This document shows positions 16,134-25,495 of a stretch of 40,349 nt of DNA, one piece after another. Positions within the stretch are counted from its first letter, which is position 1, and the number at the start of each line of letters is the position of its first letter. Origin of the DNA: a virus. Its lineage: Duplodnaviria > Caudoviricetes. The notes under the pieces were generated by a model. That model had not been told where the DNA came from. It was given only the letters and a program-made list of their open reading frames with translations, and ran no database searches. The DNA lies in the IMG/VR virus record IMGVR_UViG_3300016722_000152, positions 1 through 40,349 of that record; one strand, written 5' to 3'. Made by a program: the position numbers and the translations under genes.

Positions 16134-17042
16134 ATGAAAAATCAAACAATAGGTGTAGAAATTGAAATGACAGGAATTACTAGAGAAAAAGCTGCAGAGG
16201 TTACTTCAAAATTCTTAAATGGCAAGATTGAAAGAACATGTGATAGCTACGATACCTACAATGTAAAAGCACCAGATAATAGAGTTTGGAAAATAATGAG
16301 TGATGCAAGTATTCACACAATGAAAAACGAAAAAGGTAGATTGGTTTCAGCAGATAGAAGTTACAGCGTTGAATTGGTTACACCAATTTTAAAGTATGAT
16401 GAGGACATTGAAACACTTCAAGAACTTGTTAGACAGCTCAGACATGCAGGAGCAGTTAGTGAAAGCAAGTTTCAATGTGGCATTCACATTCATATAGGGG
16501 CCAAAGAACATACTCCAAATACTTTAAAGAACTTGGTTAACCTTGTGGCTTCAAAGGAGGATTTAATTTACAAGGGTTTTGAAATAGATCCAGCAAGGGT
16601 TAGGTATTGCCAAAAGGTTAATGAGAATTTGATTGAAACTATAAATAAAAAGAAGCCCAAAACAATAAAGCAACTAGCCGACATTTGGTACAGCGAATAT
16701 GGAGTTGAGAATAGAGAACGCCATTACCACACAAGTAGATACCATGGACTAAATTTACACAGCACTTTTACAAAAGGAACTATTGAATTTAGACTTTTCA
16801 ACGGAACTTTGCACGCAGGAAAAATTAGAAGTTACATAGTTTTCTGCCTAGCAATAAGCCATCAAGCATTAAACCAAAAGAGCGCAAGTGCAAAACGTAC
16901 TCATACAGATAATGAAAAATATACATTTAGATGTTGGCTACTTAGATTGGGACTTATAGGAGATGAATTTAAAAATTGCAGACAACACCTTATGAAATCA
17001 CTTGATGGAAATTCAGCCTGGAGAACACCAAGAATTGCTTGA
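16134..17042 (+). CDS. Amidoligase family protein (COOH-NH2 ligase type)
   Basis: IGVEIE, DAS, ELVTPIL, CGIHIHIG, RYHGLN, TIEFRLFNGTL. Confidence 0.88.
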   Translation: MKNQTIGVEIEMTGITREKAAEVTSKFLNGKIERTCDSYDTYNVKAPDNRVWKIMSDASIHTMKNEKGRLVSADRSYSVELVTPILKYDEDIETLQELVRQLRHAGAVSESKFQCGIHIHIGAKEHTPNTLKNLVNLVASKEDLIYKGFEIDPARVRYCQKVNENLIETINKKKPKTIKQLADIWYSEYGVENRERHYHTSRYHGLNLHSTFTKGTIEFRLFNGTLHAGKIRSYIVFCLAISHQALNQKSASAKRTHTDNEKYTFRCWLLRLGLIGDEFKNCRQHLMKSLDGNSAWRTPRIA

Positions 17043-17110
17043 AATTAAAATTAATTCACAGGGGATAAAAATTCCCTTGTGTAAAACTATAGAAAAGGAG
17101 ACATGATAAA

Positions 17111-17566
17111 GTGGATAAAAAAGTAAAACTATATGGTGCATATGGTTCAAATATGAACTTAGAGCAGATGAGTCATAGATGCCCAAAAGCTAAGGTTGTA
17201 GGAATTGGAATACTTAAAGATTATAAATTAACCTTTAGAGGAAGGTATAAAGGTGTTGCAAATATAGAGCCTTGCAAGGATAAATCAGTACCTATTGTTT
17301 TGTGGGAAATAACGAAGGATTGTGAAACAGCACTTGATTTGTATGAAGGATATCCTAATCTATATATAAAGAAAGAAGTTGAAGTTCTTATAAATGATAA
17401 ACCAAGAAAAGCTATGGTTTATATAATGACAGATGAATATACTGATATAGTAGCAGCTCCAACAGAATATTATTTCAACGTCATTGCAAGAGGGTATTCT
17501 GATAATGGAATTGATTTAAAACCTCTACAGATTGCATATTCAGAATGTTTATCTGAACTTAGATAG
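17111..17566 (+). CDS. Gamma-glutamylcyclotransferase (AIG2-like)
   Basis: YGAYGSNMN..RCP; LDLYEGYP. Confidence 0.88.
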   Translation: MDKKVKLYGAYGSNMNLEQMSHRCPKAKVVGIGILKDYKLTFRGRYKGVANIEPCKDKSVPIVLWEITKDCETALDLYEGYPNLYIKKEVEVLINDKPRKAMVYIMTDEYTDIVAAPTEYYFNVIARGYSDNGIDLKPLQIAYSECLSELR

Positions 17567-17577
17567 CAAAAGAAATT

Positions 17578-17609
17578 AAGAGCTTACTAAAAATGTAGGC
17601 TCTTTTCTT
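17578..17609 (+). terminator. Intrinsic terminator
   Basis: AAGAGCTTAC-7 nt-GTAGGCTCTT followed by TTCTT. Confidence 0.75.
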
Positions 17610-17641
17610 ATGATAAATTCTAAAGATTGGAGGTGAAACCT

Positions 17642-18118
17642 ATGGCACAAAGAGGAAGAAAACCGAAACCAACCGCAGTAAAAGAACTTGAAGGCAATCC
17701 AGGAAAAAGACCGCTTAATGAATTGGAACCAAAGCCTCAGAAGAAAGCACCAAAATGCCCGAGTTGGCTTGATGCAGAAGCTAAAAAAGAATGGAGAAGG
17801 ATTGCAAAGCAACTTGAGGAACTTGGTATATTAACGGAAGTTGATATGGCAGCTTTTGCAGGATATTGTGAAGCTTATGCACGTTGGAAAGAAGCTGAAG
17901 AATTTATATCAAAGCATGGAACGATTGTAAAAACACCAAGTGGTTATTGGCAACAGGTGCCACAGGTATCAATTGCTCAAACTTATCTTAAAATTATGAT
18001 TAAATTCTGTGAGCAGTTTGGACTTACACCATCTTCAAGAAGTAGAATTGTTGCAGATAAAGGGACTAATGAAGTTTATGATCCTATGGAAATGATGTTA
18101 AGGGGCGAGGTGAAATAA
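17642..18118 (+). CDS. terS: Terminase small subunit, P27 family
   Basis: RGRKPKPT..GNPGKR, PSWL..AKKEW, FGLTPSSRSRI. Confidence 0.93.
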   Translation: MAQRGRKPKPTAVKELEGNPGKRPLNELEPKPQKKAPKCPSWLDAEAKKEWRRIAKQLEELGILTEVDMAAFAGYCEAYARWKEAEEFISKHGTIVKTPSGYWQQVPQVSIAQTYLKIMIKFCEQFGLTPSSRSRIVADKGTNEVYDPMEMMLRGEVK

Positions 18119-19665
18119 TGTATGATGAAGCAAAAGCAAAGCGTGCTATTAATTTTATCAACTGCTTAAAACATACAAAAGGTCAGTGGAGAGGCGTTCC
18201 TTTCGATTTACTTCCATGGCAAGATAAGATCATAAAAGATATATTTGGTAATGTAAAAGAAAATGGATATCGTAAGTATAATACTGCTTATGTAGAAATT
18301 CCAAAGAAGAATGGTAAATCAGAACTTGCAGCGGCAATAGCACTTTTAATGACTTGTGGTGATAATGAATGGGGAGCTGAGGTTTATGGCTGTGCTTCTG
18401 ATAGGCAACAAGCATCTATTGTTTTTGATGTTGCAGTTGAAATGGTGGAGCAATGCCCAGCACTTAAGAAAAGAATTAAGCCTATAATGTCAATGAAAAG
18501 ACTGGTATATAAACCTACAAATAGCTTCTATCAAGTGTTATCAGCGGAAGCTTATACAAAGCATGGACTTAATGTTCATGCAGTTGTTTTTGATGAACTT
18601 CATGCTCAACCCAATAGAGATTTATTTGATGTAATGACTAAAGGTTCAGGGGATGCAAGACTACAACCATTATTTTTTCTTATAACTACAGCTGGAACAG
18701 ATAGAAATTCTATATGCTTTGAGCAGCACCAAAAGGCAATGGATATAATTGAAGGTAGAAAAATAGATCCAACATTTTACCCAGTTATTTATGGGATAGA
18801 TGACAATGCTGATTGGGGATTAGAAGCAAATTGGTATAAAGCAAATCCATCTTTAGGACACACTATTGATATAGAAAAAGTTAGAAATGCTTATAATAGT
18901 GCAAGAGAAAATCCTGCTGAAGAAAATATCTTCAGACAGCTAAGATTAAATCAATGGGTGAAGCAGTCCACTCGTTGGATGCCAATGCATATCTGGGATG
19001 AGTGTGATTTTAATATAGATATAGATTCATTAAGAGGCAGAGAATGTTATGGAGGACTTGACCTTTCAAGTACTACAGATATTACTGCTTTTGTTTTAGT
19101 TTTTCCACCAAGAACATCTGAAGAAAAATATATAATATTGCCTTACTTTTGGATACCAGATGATAATCTAAAGCTAAGAGTAAGAAGAGATCATGTTCCT
19201 TATGATGTGTGGGAAAAACAAGGTTTTATAAAAACAACAGAAGGTAATGTGGTCCACTATGGATTCATAGAAACTTTTATAGAAGAACTTCACACAAAAT
19301 ATAACATTAAAGAAATAGCTTTTGACAGATGGGGAGCTGTACAAATGGTACAGAATCTTGAGGGCATGGGATTTACAGTAGTTCCTTTTGGACAAGGATA
19401 TAAAGACATGTCTCCACCTTCAAAAGAATTAATGAAACTAACTCTTGAGAAGAAGATAGCACATGGAGGCAATTCAGTGCTTAGATGGATGATGGATAAT
19501 ATTTTTATTAAGCAAGATCCAGCTGGAAATATTAAACCAGACAAAGAGAAAAGTACAGAAAAAATTGATGGAGCAGTGGCTCTTATTATGGCTTTGGATA
19601 GATCAATTAGGAATCAAGGAAGTTGTAGTAGTGTTTATGATGACAGGGGGATACTAGTCCTATAG
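18118..19665 (+). CDS. terL: Terminase large subunit
   Basis: Walker A PKKNGKS; VVFDELH; GGLDLS; KIDGAVA. Confidence 0.95.
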   Translation: MYDEAKAKRAINFINCLKHTKGQWRGVPFDLLPWQDKIIKDIFGNVKENGYRKYNTAYVEIPKKNGKSELAAAIALLMTCGDNEWGAEVYGCASDRQQASIVFDVAVEMVEQCPALKKRIKPIMSMKRLVYKPTNSFYQVLSAEAYTKHGLNVHAVVFDELHAQPNRDLFDVMTKGSGDARLQPLFFLITTAGTDRNSICFEQHQKAMDIIEGRKIDPTFYPVIYGIDDNADWGLEANWYKANPSLGHTIDIEKVRNAYNSARENPAEENIFRQLRLNQWVKQSTRWMPMHIWDECDFNIDIDSLRGRECYGGLDLSSTTDITAFVLVFPPRTSEEKYIILPYFWIPDDNLKLRVRRDHVPYDVWEKQGFIKTTEGNVVHYGFIETFIEELHTKYNIKEIAFDRWGAVQMVQNLEGMGFTVVPFGQGYKDMSPPSKELMKLTLEKKIAHGGNSVLRWMMDNIFIKQDPAGNIKPDKEKSTEKIDGAVALIMALDRSIRNQGSCSSVYDDRGILVL

Positions 19666-19696
19666 AAAATTAATATGTTTATTATTTCCGTTTAAG

Positions 19697-19705
19697 TGAT
19701 ATAAT
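19697..19705 (+). promoter_or_regulatory. Extended -10 promoter of the moron
   Basis: TG-A-TATAAT upstream of the AAGGGG RBS. Confidence 0.6.
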
Positions 19706-19737
19706 AGTTATTATATTTACAATAAGGGGATAAGCTT

Positions 19738-20796
19738 ATGGATAAGGTAATAATTGTGGATGATCAGGATATAATTGATTCAGCATATAATTCACAAACT
19801 ATTAAAAGAGAATTTATAAGGCACTTTGAGCATAATAAAGGGAATATAGCAGCAGGATTGGCAGAAATATTATCAGGAATTGAAAATGTTAAAGATATAA
19901 TTAAACCTGAAAGAACTTTTATAGCTAAGTTCCCCAAAGATGTTTTGGAAAAGATAAATAGTGGTCAATATGATATCATGAAAACAAAGAATGGTGAAAT
20001 ACTATCTAGTATTATTGATACAACTTTACCTAAAAATAGGAATATTGTTCATCAATTAAGATTAGATGAAGTTGATCCTAATATTAACGAAAAATTAAAA
20101 AATCTTAGTACGAATGTAGCTAATTTTGCATTACAGCAACAATTAGCTAATTTAACTGAGATGTTAAGTCAAATTCAAAGTCTCGCAATTGATATTAAAA
20201 GAGGACAGGTAACAGATAGAATAGGACTTATAATATCTGGAAAGAATCAGTTGGAACAAGCTATGCAAATGAAGGAATCAGATGTGAATAAACAATATAT
20301 TTTGATGAATGCAATAAAAAGTTTAAATGATGGTAGAGCTCAGATTGATTTATATTTGAGAGATGAACTAAATAAAAATTTAGACGTACCTAAAAACAAA
20401 TTTCTTCTATTTTGCAAGTCTTTTATTAATAGTAAGTTTTATAAAGATATAGAAAAACAATTTGGTGAACTTCAAGAAAGTATTAGTGCCTATTTTGAGG
20501 CTACTAATTTGTTAGCATCAGCATATGAAATTTTAGATAGCAAAGAAGCTTTGTCAAAAGTATTCATGCCAGCAAAAGAACTAATAGAAATTAGTCACGA
20601 GAGAATGAGTGAATTATCAGAATTAGCATTAGATGGTATTGATAATAAAAGCTCTCATTGGTATGCTCAACCACAGATATTCATAAACAAAATTGATAAT
20701 TATAGCAAACTCATATTACCATTATCTGAACAGAATAAATATGTATCAATTAAGTTTTGTGTAAATAAATTAGAGGAGGAGAACGAAATTGAGTAA
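19738..20796 (+). CDS. Moron gene A: largely helical hypothetical protein
   Basis: 352-aa ORF between terL and portal; no family recognised. Confidence 0.8.
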   Translation: MDKVIIVDDQDIIDSAYNSQTIKREFIRHFEHNKGNIAAGLAEILSGIENVKDIIKPERTFIAKFPKDVLEKINSGQYDIMKTKNGEILSSIIDTTLPKNRNIVHQLRLDEVDPNINEKLKNLSTNVANFALQQQLANLTEMLSQIQSLAIDIKRGQVTDRIGLIISGKNQLEQAMQMKESDVNKQYILMNAIKSLNDGRAQIDLYLRDELNKNLDVPKNKFLLFCKSFINSKFYKDIEKQFGELQESISAYFEATNLLASAYEILDSKEALSKVFMPAKELIEISHERMSELSELALDGIDNKSSHWYAQPQIFINKIDNYSKLILPLSEQNKYVSIKFCVNKLEEENEIE

Positions 20797-20977
20797 ATGT
20801 ATTTTTTGTTCTAAAGAAAATGATGGTTTAATATGTAAACATTGTTTAGCAAAAGGAGCAAATGAAGCAGGAAGTGCTATTAAAAAAAGTGCAGATTTTG
20901 CAATAAAGGCAGCACCAGTTGTTTTATCAGTTGCTACCTTTATTGCAACAAAAGGGAAGAAAAAACCAAAAATTTAA
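20789..20977 (+). CDS. Moron gene B: small zinc-finger protein with hydrophobic C-terminal helix
   Basis: CIFC..CKHC, then AAPVVLSVATFIAT and KGKKKPKI; GAGGAG RBS; overlaps the gene A stop. Confidence 0.72.
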   Translation: MSKCIFCSKENDGLICKHCLAKGANEAGSAIKKSADFAIKAAPVVLSVATFIATKGKKKPKI

Positions 20978-21013
20978 TACCTATTCGAATAAACAATTAT
21001 TTTAATTATTATG

Positions 21014-21047
21014 AAAAAAGCATCTATAATAATGAGGTGCTTTTTTT
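21014..21047 (+). terminator. Intrinsic terminator, possibly bidirectional
   Basis: AAAAAAGCATCT-9 nt-AGGTGCTTTTTTT. Confidence 0.8.
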
Positions 21048-21079
21048 ATACCCATTTTTAGGAGGTGAACATAACGATA

Positions 21080-22348
21080 ATGAAAATACCAATAATATCA
21101 AAACTTTGGGAACCTAGAGCAGGTCCTAAAAATAGTTTATGGGGAAGCACCTATAGTTTTTTCTTTGGTAGCACCACAAGTGGTAAAACAGTAAATGAAA
21201 GAACTGCAATGCAAACTACTGCAGTTTATGCGTGTGTTAGAATACTTGCTGAAACTATAGCTTCACTTCCACTGCATACTTATAAATACACTGAAAATGG
21301 TAAGGAGAAAGCTACAGAACATCAAATATATAATCTTCTTGCAGATGAACCAAACCCAGAGATGACTTCATTTGTGTTTAGGGAAACACTTATGAGTCAT
21401 CTTTTATTATGGGGAAATGCATATGCACAGATAATTAGGGATGGGAGAGGAAAGGTTATAGCTTTATATCCTTTGTTACCTAATAAAATGACTGTTAATA
21501 GAGCAAGTAATGGAGAAATCTATTATATTTATTCAAGATATTCAGATGAGAATCCTAATATAAAAGGTTATGGTGAAGTTTATCTACAAAATCATGAGGT
21601 ACTTCACATTCCAGGGTTAGGGTTTGATGGATTAGTTGGATATTCACCAATAGCTATGGCAAAGAATGCAGTTGGTATGTCTATTGCTTGTGAAGAATAT
21701 GGAGCTAGTTTTTTTGCTAATGGAGCTAATCCGGGTGGAGTATTAGAACATCCAGGAGTAGTTAAAGATCCTGCAAGAGTTAGAGATAGCTGGAATTCAG
21801 TATATCAAGGCACAGGAAATGCACATAAAGTTGCAGTTCTTGAAGAAGGTATGAAATTTCAAAGTATAGGAATACCGCCAGAGCAAGCACAGTTTTTAGA
21901 GACGAGAAAATTTCAGATTAATGAAATTGCTCGTCTTTTTCGCATACCTCCACATATGGTTGGAGATTTAGAAAAATCAAGTTTTTCTAATATAGAGCAA
22001 CAGAGTCTTGAATTTGTTAAGTACACTTTAGATCCATGGGTAATTAGATGGGAACAAGCAATGAAAAAAGCATTATTGTTACCTAGTGAAAAGAAAGACT
22101 ATTTTATTAAGTTTAATGTAGATGGATTACTTAGAGGTGATTATCAAAGTAGAATGAATGGTTATTCCATTGGAAGACAGAATGGTTGGCTATCAAGTAA
22201 TGATATTAGAGAACTTGAAAATCTTAATAAAATACCAGATGAACTAGGTGGAGATTTGTATTTAATCAATGGAAATATGACAAAGCTTGCTGATGCAGGT
22301 GCATTTGCAAATAAGAATAATATAGGATTGGAGAAAAAGGATGAGTAA
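21080..22348 (+). CDS. Portal protein, HK97 family (start may be 21065)
   Basis: AVYACVRILAETIASLP, LLWGNAY, GYSPI, IARLFRIPP. Confidence 0.95.
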   Translation: MKIPIISKLWEPRAGPKNSLWGSTYSFFFGSTTSGKTVNERTAMQTTAVYACVRILAETIASLPLHTYKYTENGKEKATEHQIYNLLADEPNPEMTSFVFRETLMSHLLLWGNAYAQIIRDGRGKVIALYPLLPNKMTVNRASNGEIYYIYSRYSDENPNIKGYGEVYLQNHEVLHIPGLGFDGLVGYSPIAMAKNAVGMSIACEEYGASFFANGANPGGVLEHPGVVKDPARVRDSWNSVYQGTGNAHKVAVLEEGMKFQSIGIPPEQAQFLETRKFQINEIARLFRIPPHMVGDLEKSSFSNIEQQSLEFVKYTLDPWVIRWEQAMKKALLLPSEKKDYFIKFNVDGLLRGDYQSRMNGYSIGRQNGWLSSNDIRELENLNKIPDELGGDLYLINGNMTKLADAGAFANKNNIGLEKKDE

Positions 22349-23039
22349 GAAATTTTGGAACTGGATAAAGAATGAAGAAAGTAGGACACTTTATTTTGAT
22401 GGATACATTGCACAAGATAGTTGGTTTGATGATGATATTACTCCTAAACAATTTAAGAATGAACTTACATCTTCAGAAGGAGATATTTCAGTGTGGCTTA
22501 ATTCACCAGGGGGAGACGTATTCGCTGCAAGTCAAATTTATACTATGTTAAAAGAATATAAAGGCAAAGTAACAGTAAAGATTGATGGCATAGCAGCTAG
22601 TGCAGCATCAGTTATTGCAATGGCTGGAAGTGAAATATTAATGTCTCCAGTTGCAATGATGATGATTCATAATCCGTCTACAGTTGTTTTTGGAGAAGCA
22701 ACAGATTTACAAAGTGGAATTGAAATGCTCTCAGAGGTAAAAGAAAGTATAGTTAATGCATATGAGCAAAAAACAGGACTTGCAAGAAGTAAGATATCAA
22801 AAATGATGGATGCTGAAACTTGGTTTAGTGCTAATAAGGCTGTGGAGCTTGGTTTTGCAGATAAAGTTTTATATGAGGATAATCAAGAAGAAACTACAGA
22901 TGGTTTTATTTTTGATAAAGTAACTGTAACTAATGCATTAATGAGAAAAATACCAAAGGTAAAACAAACACAGACTGTAGCAGAAACAGGAACACCTCAT
23001 GATCAATTAATTAAAAGACTTGACCTTTTAAAATATTAA
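22341..23039 (+). CDS. ClpP-like prohead protease
   Basis: LNSPGGDV, GIAASAAS, MMIHNP, ETWFSA. Confidence 0.93.
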   Translation: MSKKFWNWIKNEESRTLYFDGYIAQDSWFDDDITPKQFKNELTSSEGDISVWLNSPGGDVFAASQIYTMLKEYKGKVTVKIDGIAASAASVIAMAGSEILMSPVAMMMIHNPSTVVFGEATDLQSGIEMLSEVKESIVNAYEQKTGLARSKISKMMDAETWFSANKAVELGFADKVLYEDNQEETTDGFIFDKVTVTNALMRKIPKVKQTQTVAETGTPHDQLIKRLDLLKY

Positions 23040-23055
23040 ATTTGGAGGAATGTAT

Positions 23056-24252
23056 ATGAGTAAAATATTAGAACTTAGGGAAAAAAGAGCAAAACTATGG
23101 GACAGTACAAAGGCTTTCTTAGATAGTAAAAGAAATGATAATGGATTGTTATCAGCTGAGGATACTTCAACTTATGAAAAAATGGAAGCTGATGTTGTAA
23201 ATTTAGGAAAGGAAGTAGACAGATTAGAACGTCAAGCAGCACTTGACTTAGAACTTTCAAAGGCAACTTCTAGTGCAATTAGAAATGATCCTAATAATAA
23301 CATTGATGGAGAAAAAACAGTTAGAGCATCAAATGAGTATAAAAGTGCATTCTGGAAGACTATGAGAAATAAGAATAGCTTTGAGGTTCAAAATGCTCTG
23401 CAAATTGGTACTGATAGCGAAGGAGGATTTCTTGCACCAGATGAATTTGAAAAAACATTAATTGAAAGCTTAGAAGAACAAAATATATTTAGACAACTTG
23501 CCAATATAATTACTACATCTTCAGGGGATAAGAAAATTCCTGTTGTTGCTACTAAAGGTACAGCATCTTGGGTAGATGAAGAGGGAGTTATACCAGAATC
23601 GGATGATTCATTTGGGCAAGTATCAATTGGAGCATATAAATTAGCCACTATGATTAAGGTTTCTGACGAACTTCTTAATGATAGTGTTTTTAATTTAGAG
23701 AGTTATATAGCAAAAGAGTTTGCTAGGAGGATTGGGGCAAGAGAAGAAGAAGCTTTCTTTATTGGTGATGGTACTGGAAAGCCTACAGGAATATTCAATT
23801 CTACTGGTGGGGCAACACTTGGGGTTACTGCTGCAAGTGCTACAGCTATTACTCTTGATGAGGTTATGGATTTATTCTATTCTCTAAAATCACCATATAG
23901 GAAGAATGCTATATTTACTATGAATGATTCAACAGTAAAAGCTATTAGAAAACTTAAGGATGGGAATGGTCAGTATATTTGGCAGCCATCTATTACAGCA
24001 GGTCAGCCAGATACTATTCTTAATAGACCTGTAAAAACTTCTGCTTATGTACCAACATTAGCATCTGCGGCTAGAGCTATTGCATTTGGAGATTTTAGTT
24101 ATTATTGGGTAGCTGATAGACAAGGTAGATCATTCCAAAGACTAAATGAATTATATGCAGCAACAGGACAAGTAGGGTTTAAAGCTACTCAAAGAGTTGA
24201 TGGTAAATTAATACTTCCTGAAGCTATTAAAGTTTTACAAATGAAAGTTTAG
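23056..24252 (+). CDS. Major capsid protein, HK97 fold
   Basis: Coiled-coil delta domain; GGFLAP; GDGTGKPTG; LKDGNGQYIWQP; FGDFS. Confidence 0.95.
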   Translation: MSKILELREKRAKLWDSTKAFLDSKRNDNGLLSAEDTSTYEKMEADVVNLGKEVDRLERQAALDLELSKATSSAIRNDPNNNIDGEKTVRASNEYKSAFWKTMRNKNSFEVQNALQIGTDSEGGFLAPDEFEKTLIESLEEQNIFRQLANIITTSSGDKKIPVVATKGTASWVDEEGVIPESDDSFGQVSIGAYKLATMIKVSDELLNDSVFNLESYIAKEFARRIGAREEEAFFIGDGTGKPTGIFNSTGGATLGVTAASATAITLDEVMDLFYSLKSPYRKNAIFTMNDSTVKAIRKLKDGNGQYIWQPSITAGQPDTILNRPVKTSAYVPTLASAARAIAFGDFSYYWVADRQGRSFQRLNELYAATGQVGFKATQRVDGKLILPEAIKVLQMKV

Positions 24253-24442
24253 GTGCTGAAATATAAATTATAAATAAATTTGGAGGTTTAAATATAGTAG
24301 ATATAATAATTGTTATGTAAAGTAAAGTAATACAAAAACATAATCCGAAATGTAGTGGTACCTATTAAATATGAAAATATATATAGTATGTACTAATTAT
24401 TTATAGAAAGAAATTTTTTAAGTAATGAATTGAGGTGAGCAT

Positions 24443-24718
24443 ATGATTCTTTCACTTGAAGAAGTTAAATTGTATTTACGAGTTGATGGTGATGAGGAAA
24501 ATACACTCATCACCAATTTCATAATTGCTGTAGAAGAATTATGTGAAGGTATTTTAAGATATCCAATATCGGAGTTTGCTACTGTGCCAGAAACAGTTAA
24601 GCAATCAGTTATTTATGGAGTATCTAATATGTATGAACAACGTGAAAACTTTGACGTGAAAGCAGTTATTGAAACAATGACAAGGCTTTTGTTTTCTTAT
24701 CGAAGGGAAAGTTGGTGA
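24443..24718 (+). CDS. Head-tail connector (gp6-like)
   Basis: LEEVKLYLRVD...MYEQRE. Confidence 0.88.
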   Translation: MILSLEEVKLYLRVDGDEENTLITNFIIAVEELCEGILRYPISEFATVPETVKQSVIYGVSNMYEQRENFDVKAVIETMTRLLFSYRRESW

Positions 24719-24722
24719 TGTT

Positions 24723-25049
24723 GTGGCCATAGGAGATTTAAGGCTTAGAATAACATTTCAAAAACTCACTACATTAGTAAATGAAAATGGATTTGAAGAG
24801 GAAGCATGGCAAGATTATAAAACAATATGGGCATCAGTTTCTAATTTATCTGGCAGAGAATATTATCAAGCTGCGGCAATTCAAGCGGAAAAGACTGTAA
24901 AGTTTCTAATAAGGCACATTACAGATGTAGATACAGACATGAGAATTTTATTTGACGATAAGCAGTACAACATAACTTCAATTGATAATATTAAGTATGA
25001 AAATAAGTACCTTGAAATAAAAGCTTTGGAGGCTGATAGCAATGGCTAA
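24723..25049 (+). CDS. Head closure/head-tail adaptor
   Basis: RITFQ..W....TIWA..GREY..MRI..YNITSI. Confidence 0.88.
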   Translation: MAIGDLRLRITFQKLTTLVNENGFEEEAWQDYKTIWASVSNLSGREYYQAAAIQAEKTVKFLIRHITDVDTDMRILFDDKQYNITSIDNIKYENKYLEIKALEADSNG

Positions 25050-25165
25050 TATCTAAGATTCATCATGACTCACAACACATAATTACAATAAGTAATTACA
25101 CTACTGAATTACTTGTGGAACATTTTATTAAGGAGTATGATGAAGGAAAAGGAGGATTTACCATT

Positions 25166-25420
25166 ATGGAAGTTAATGCTGAAGTTTTTAGAAAAGAACT
25201 TACAAAAATATTTGTAAATGCTAAAGAACAAGGTAAAGAATTTGTAGATGTTAAATCAGGTGATTTGCATAGTCAAGTTGGTGGTTATCCAGGATCAAAT
25301 CATAGAATGCCTACTTGTTGCAGTGTAATGAAAAGCATGATGAAAGCAAAAGATGAAATATTAGAAAAACCACCGTTAGAAAAAGGAGCATCTTTAGTAA
25401 TAAGATACTTTCTTAAATAA
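25166..25420 (+). CDS. Moron: 84-aa hypothetical protein with GGYPGxNHRMPxCC motif
   Basis: GGAGG RBS; candidate promoter TTGTGG(25113)-17-TATGAT(25136); own terminator. Confidence 0.75.
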   Translation: MEVNAEVFRKELTKIFVNAKEQGKEFVDVKSGDLHSQVGGYPGSNHRMPTCCSVMKSMMKAKDEILEKPPLEKGASLVIRYFLK

Positions 25421-25437
25421 TTTAATAGATAAGGTTT

Positions 25438-25462
25438 AAGTGCAGTAACATGCACTTTTTTT
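25438..25462 (+). terminator. Intrinsic terminator
   Basis: AAGTGCA-GTAACA-TGCACTT followed by a T run. Confidence 0.75.
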
Positions 25463-25495
25463 CTGCTAAAAAAGATGTATGTGGAGGTGAAAATA

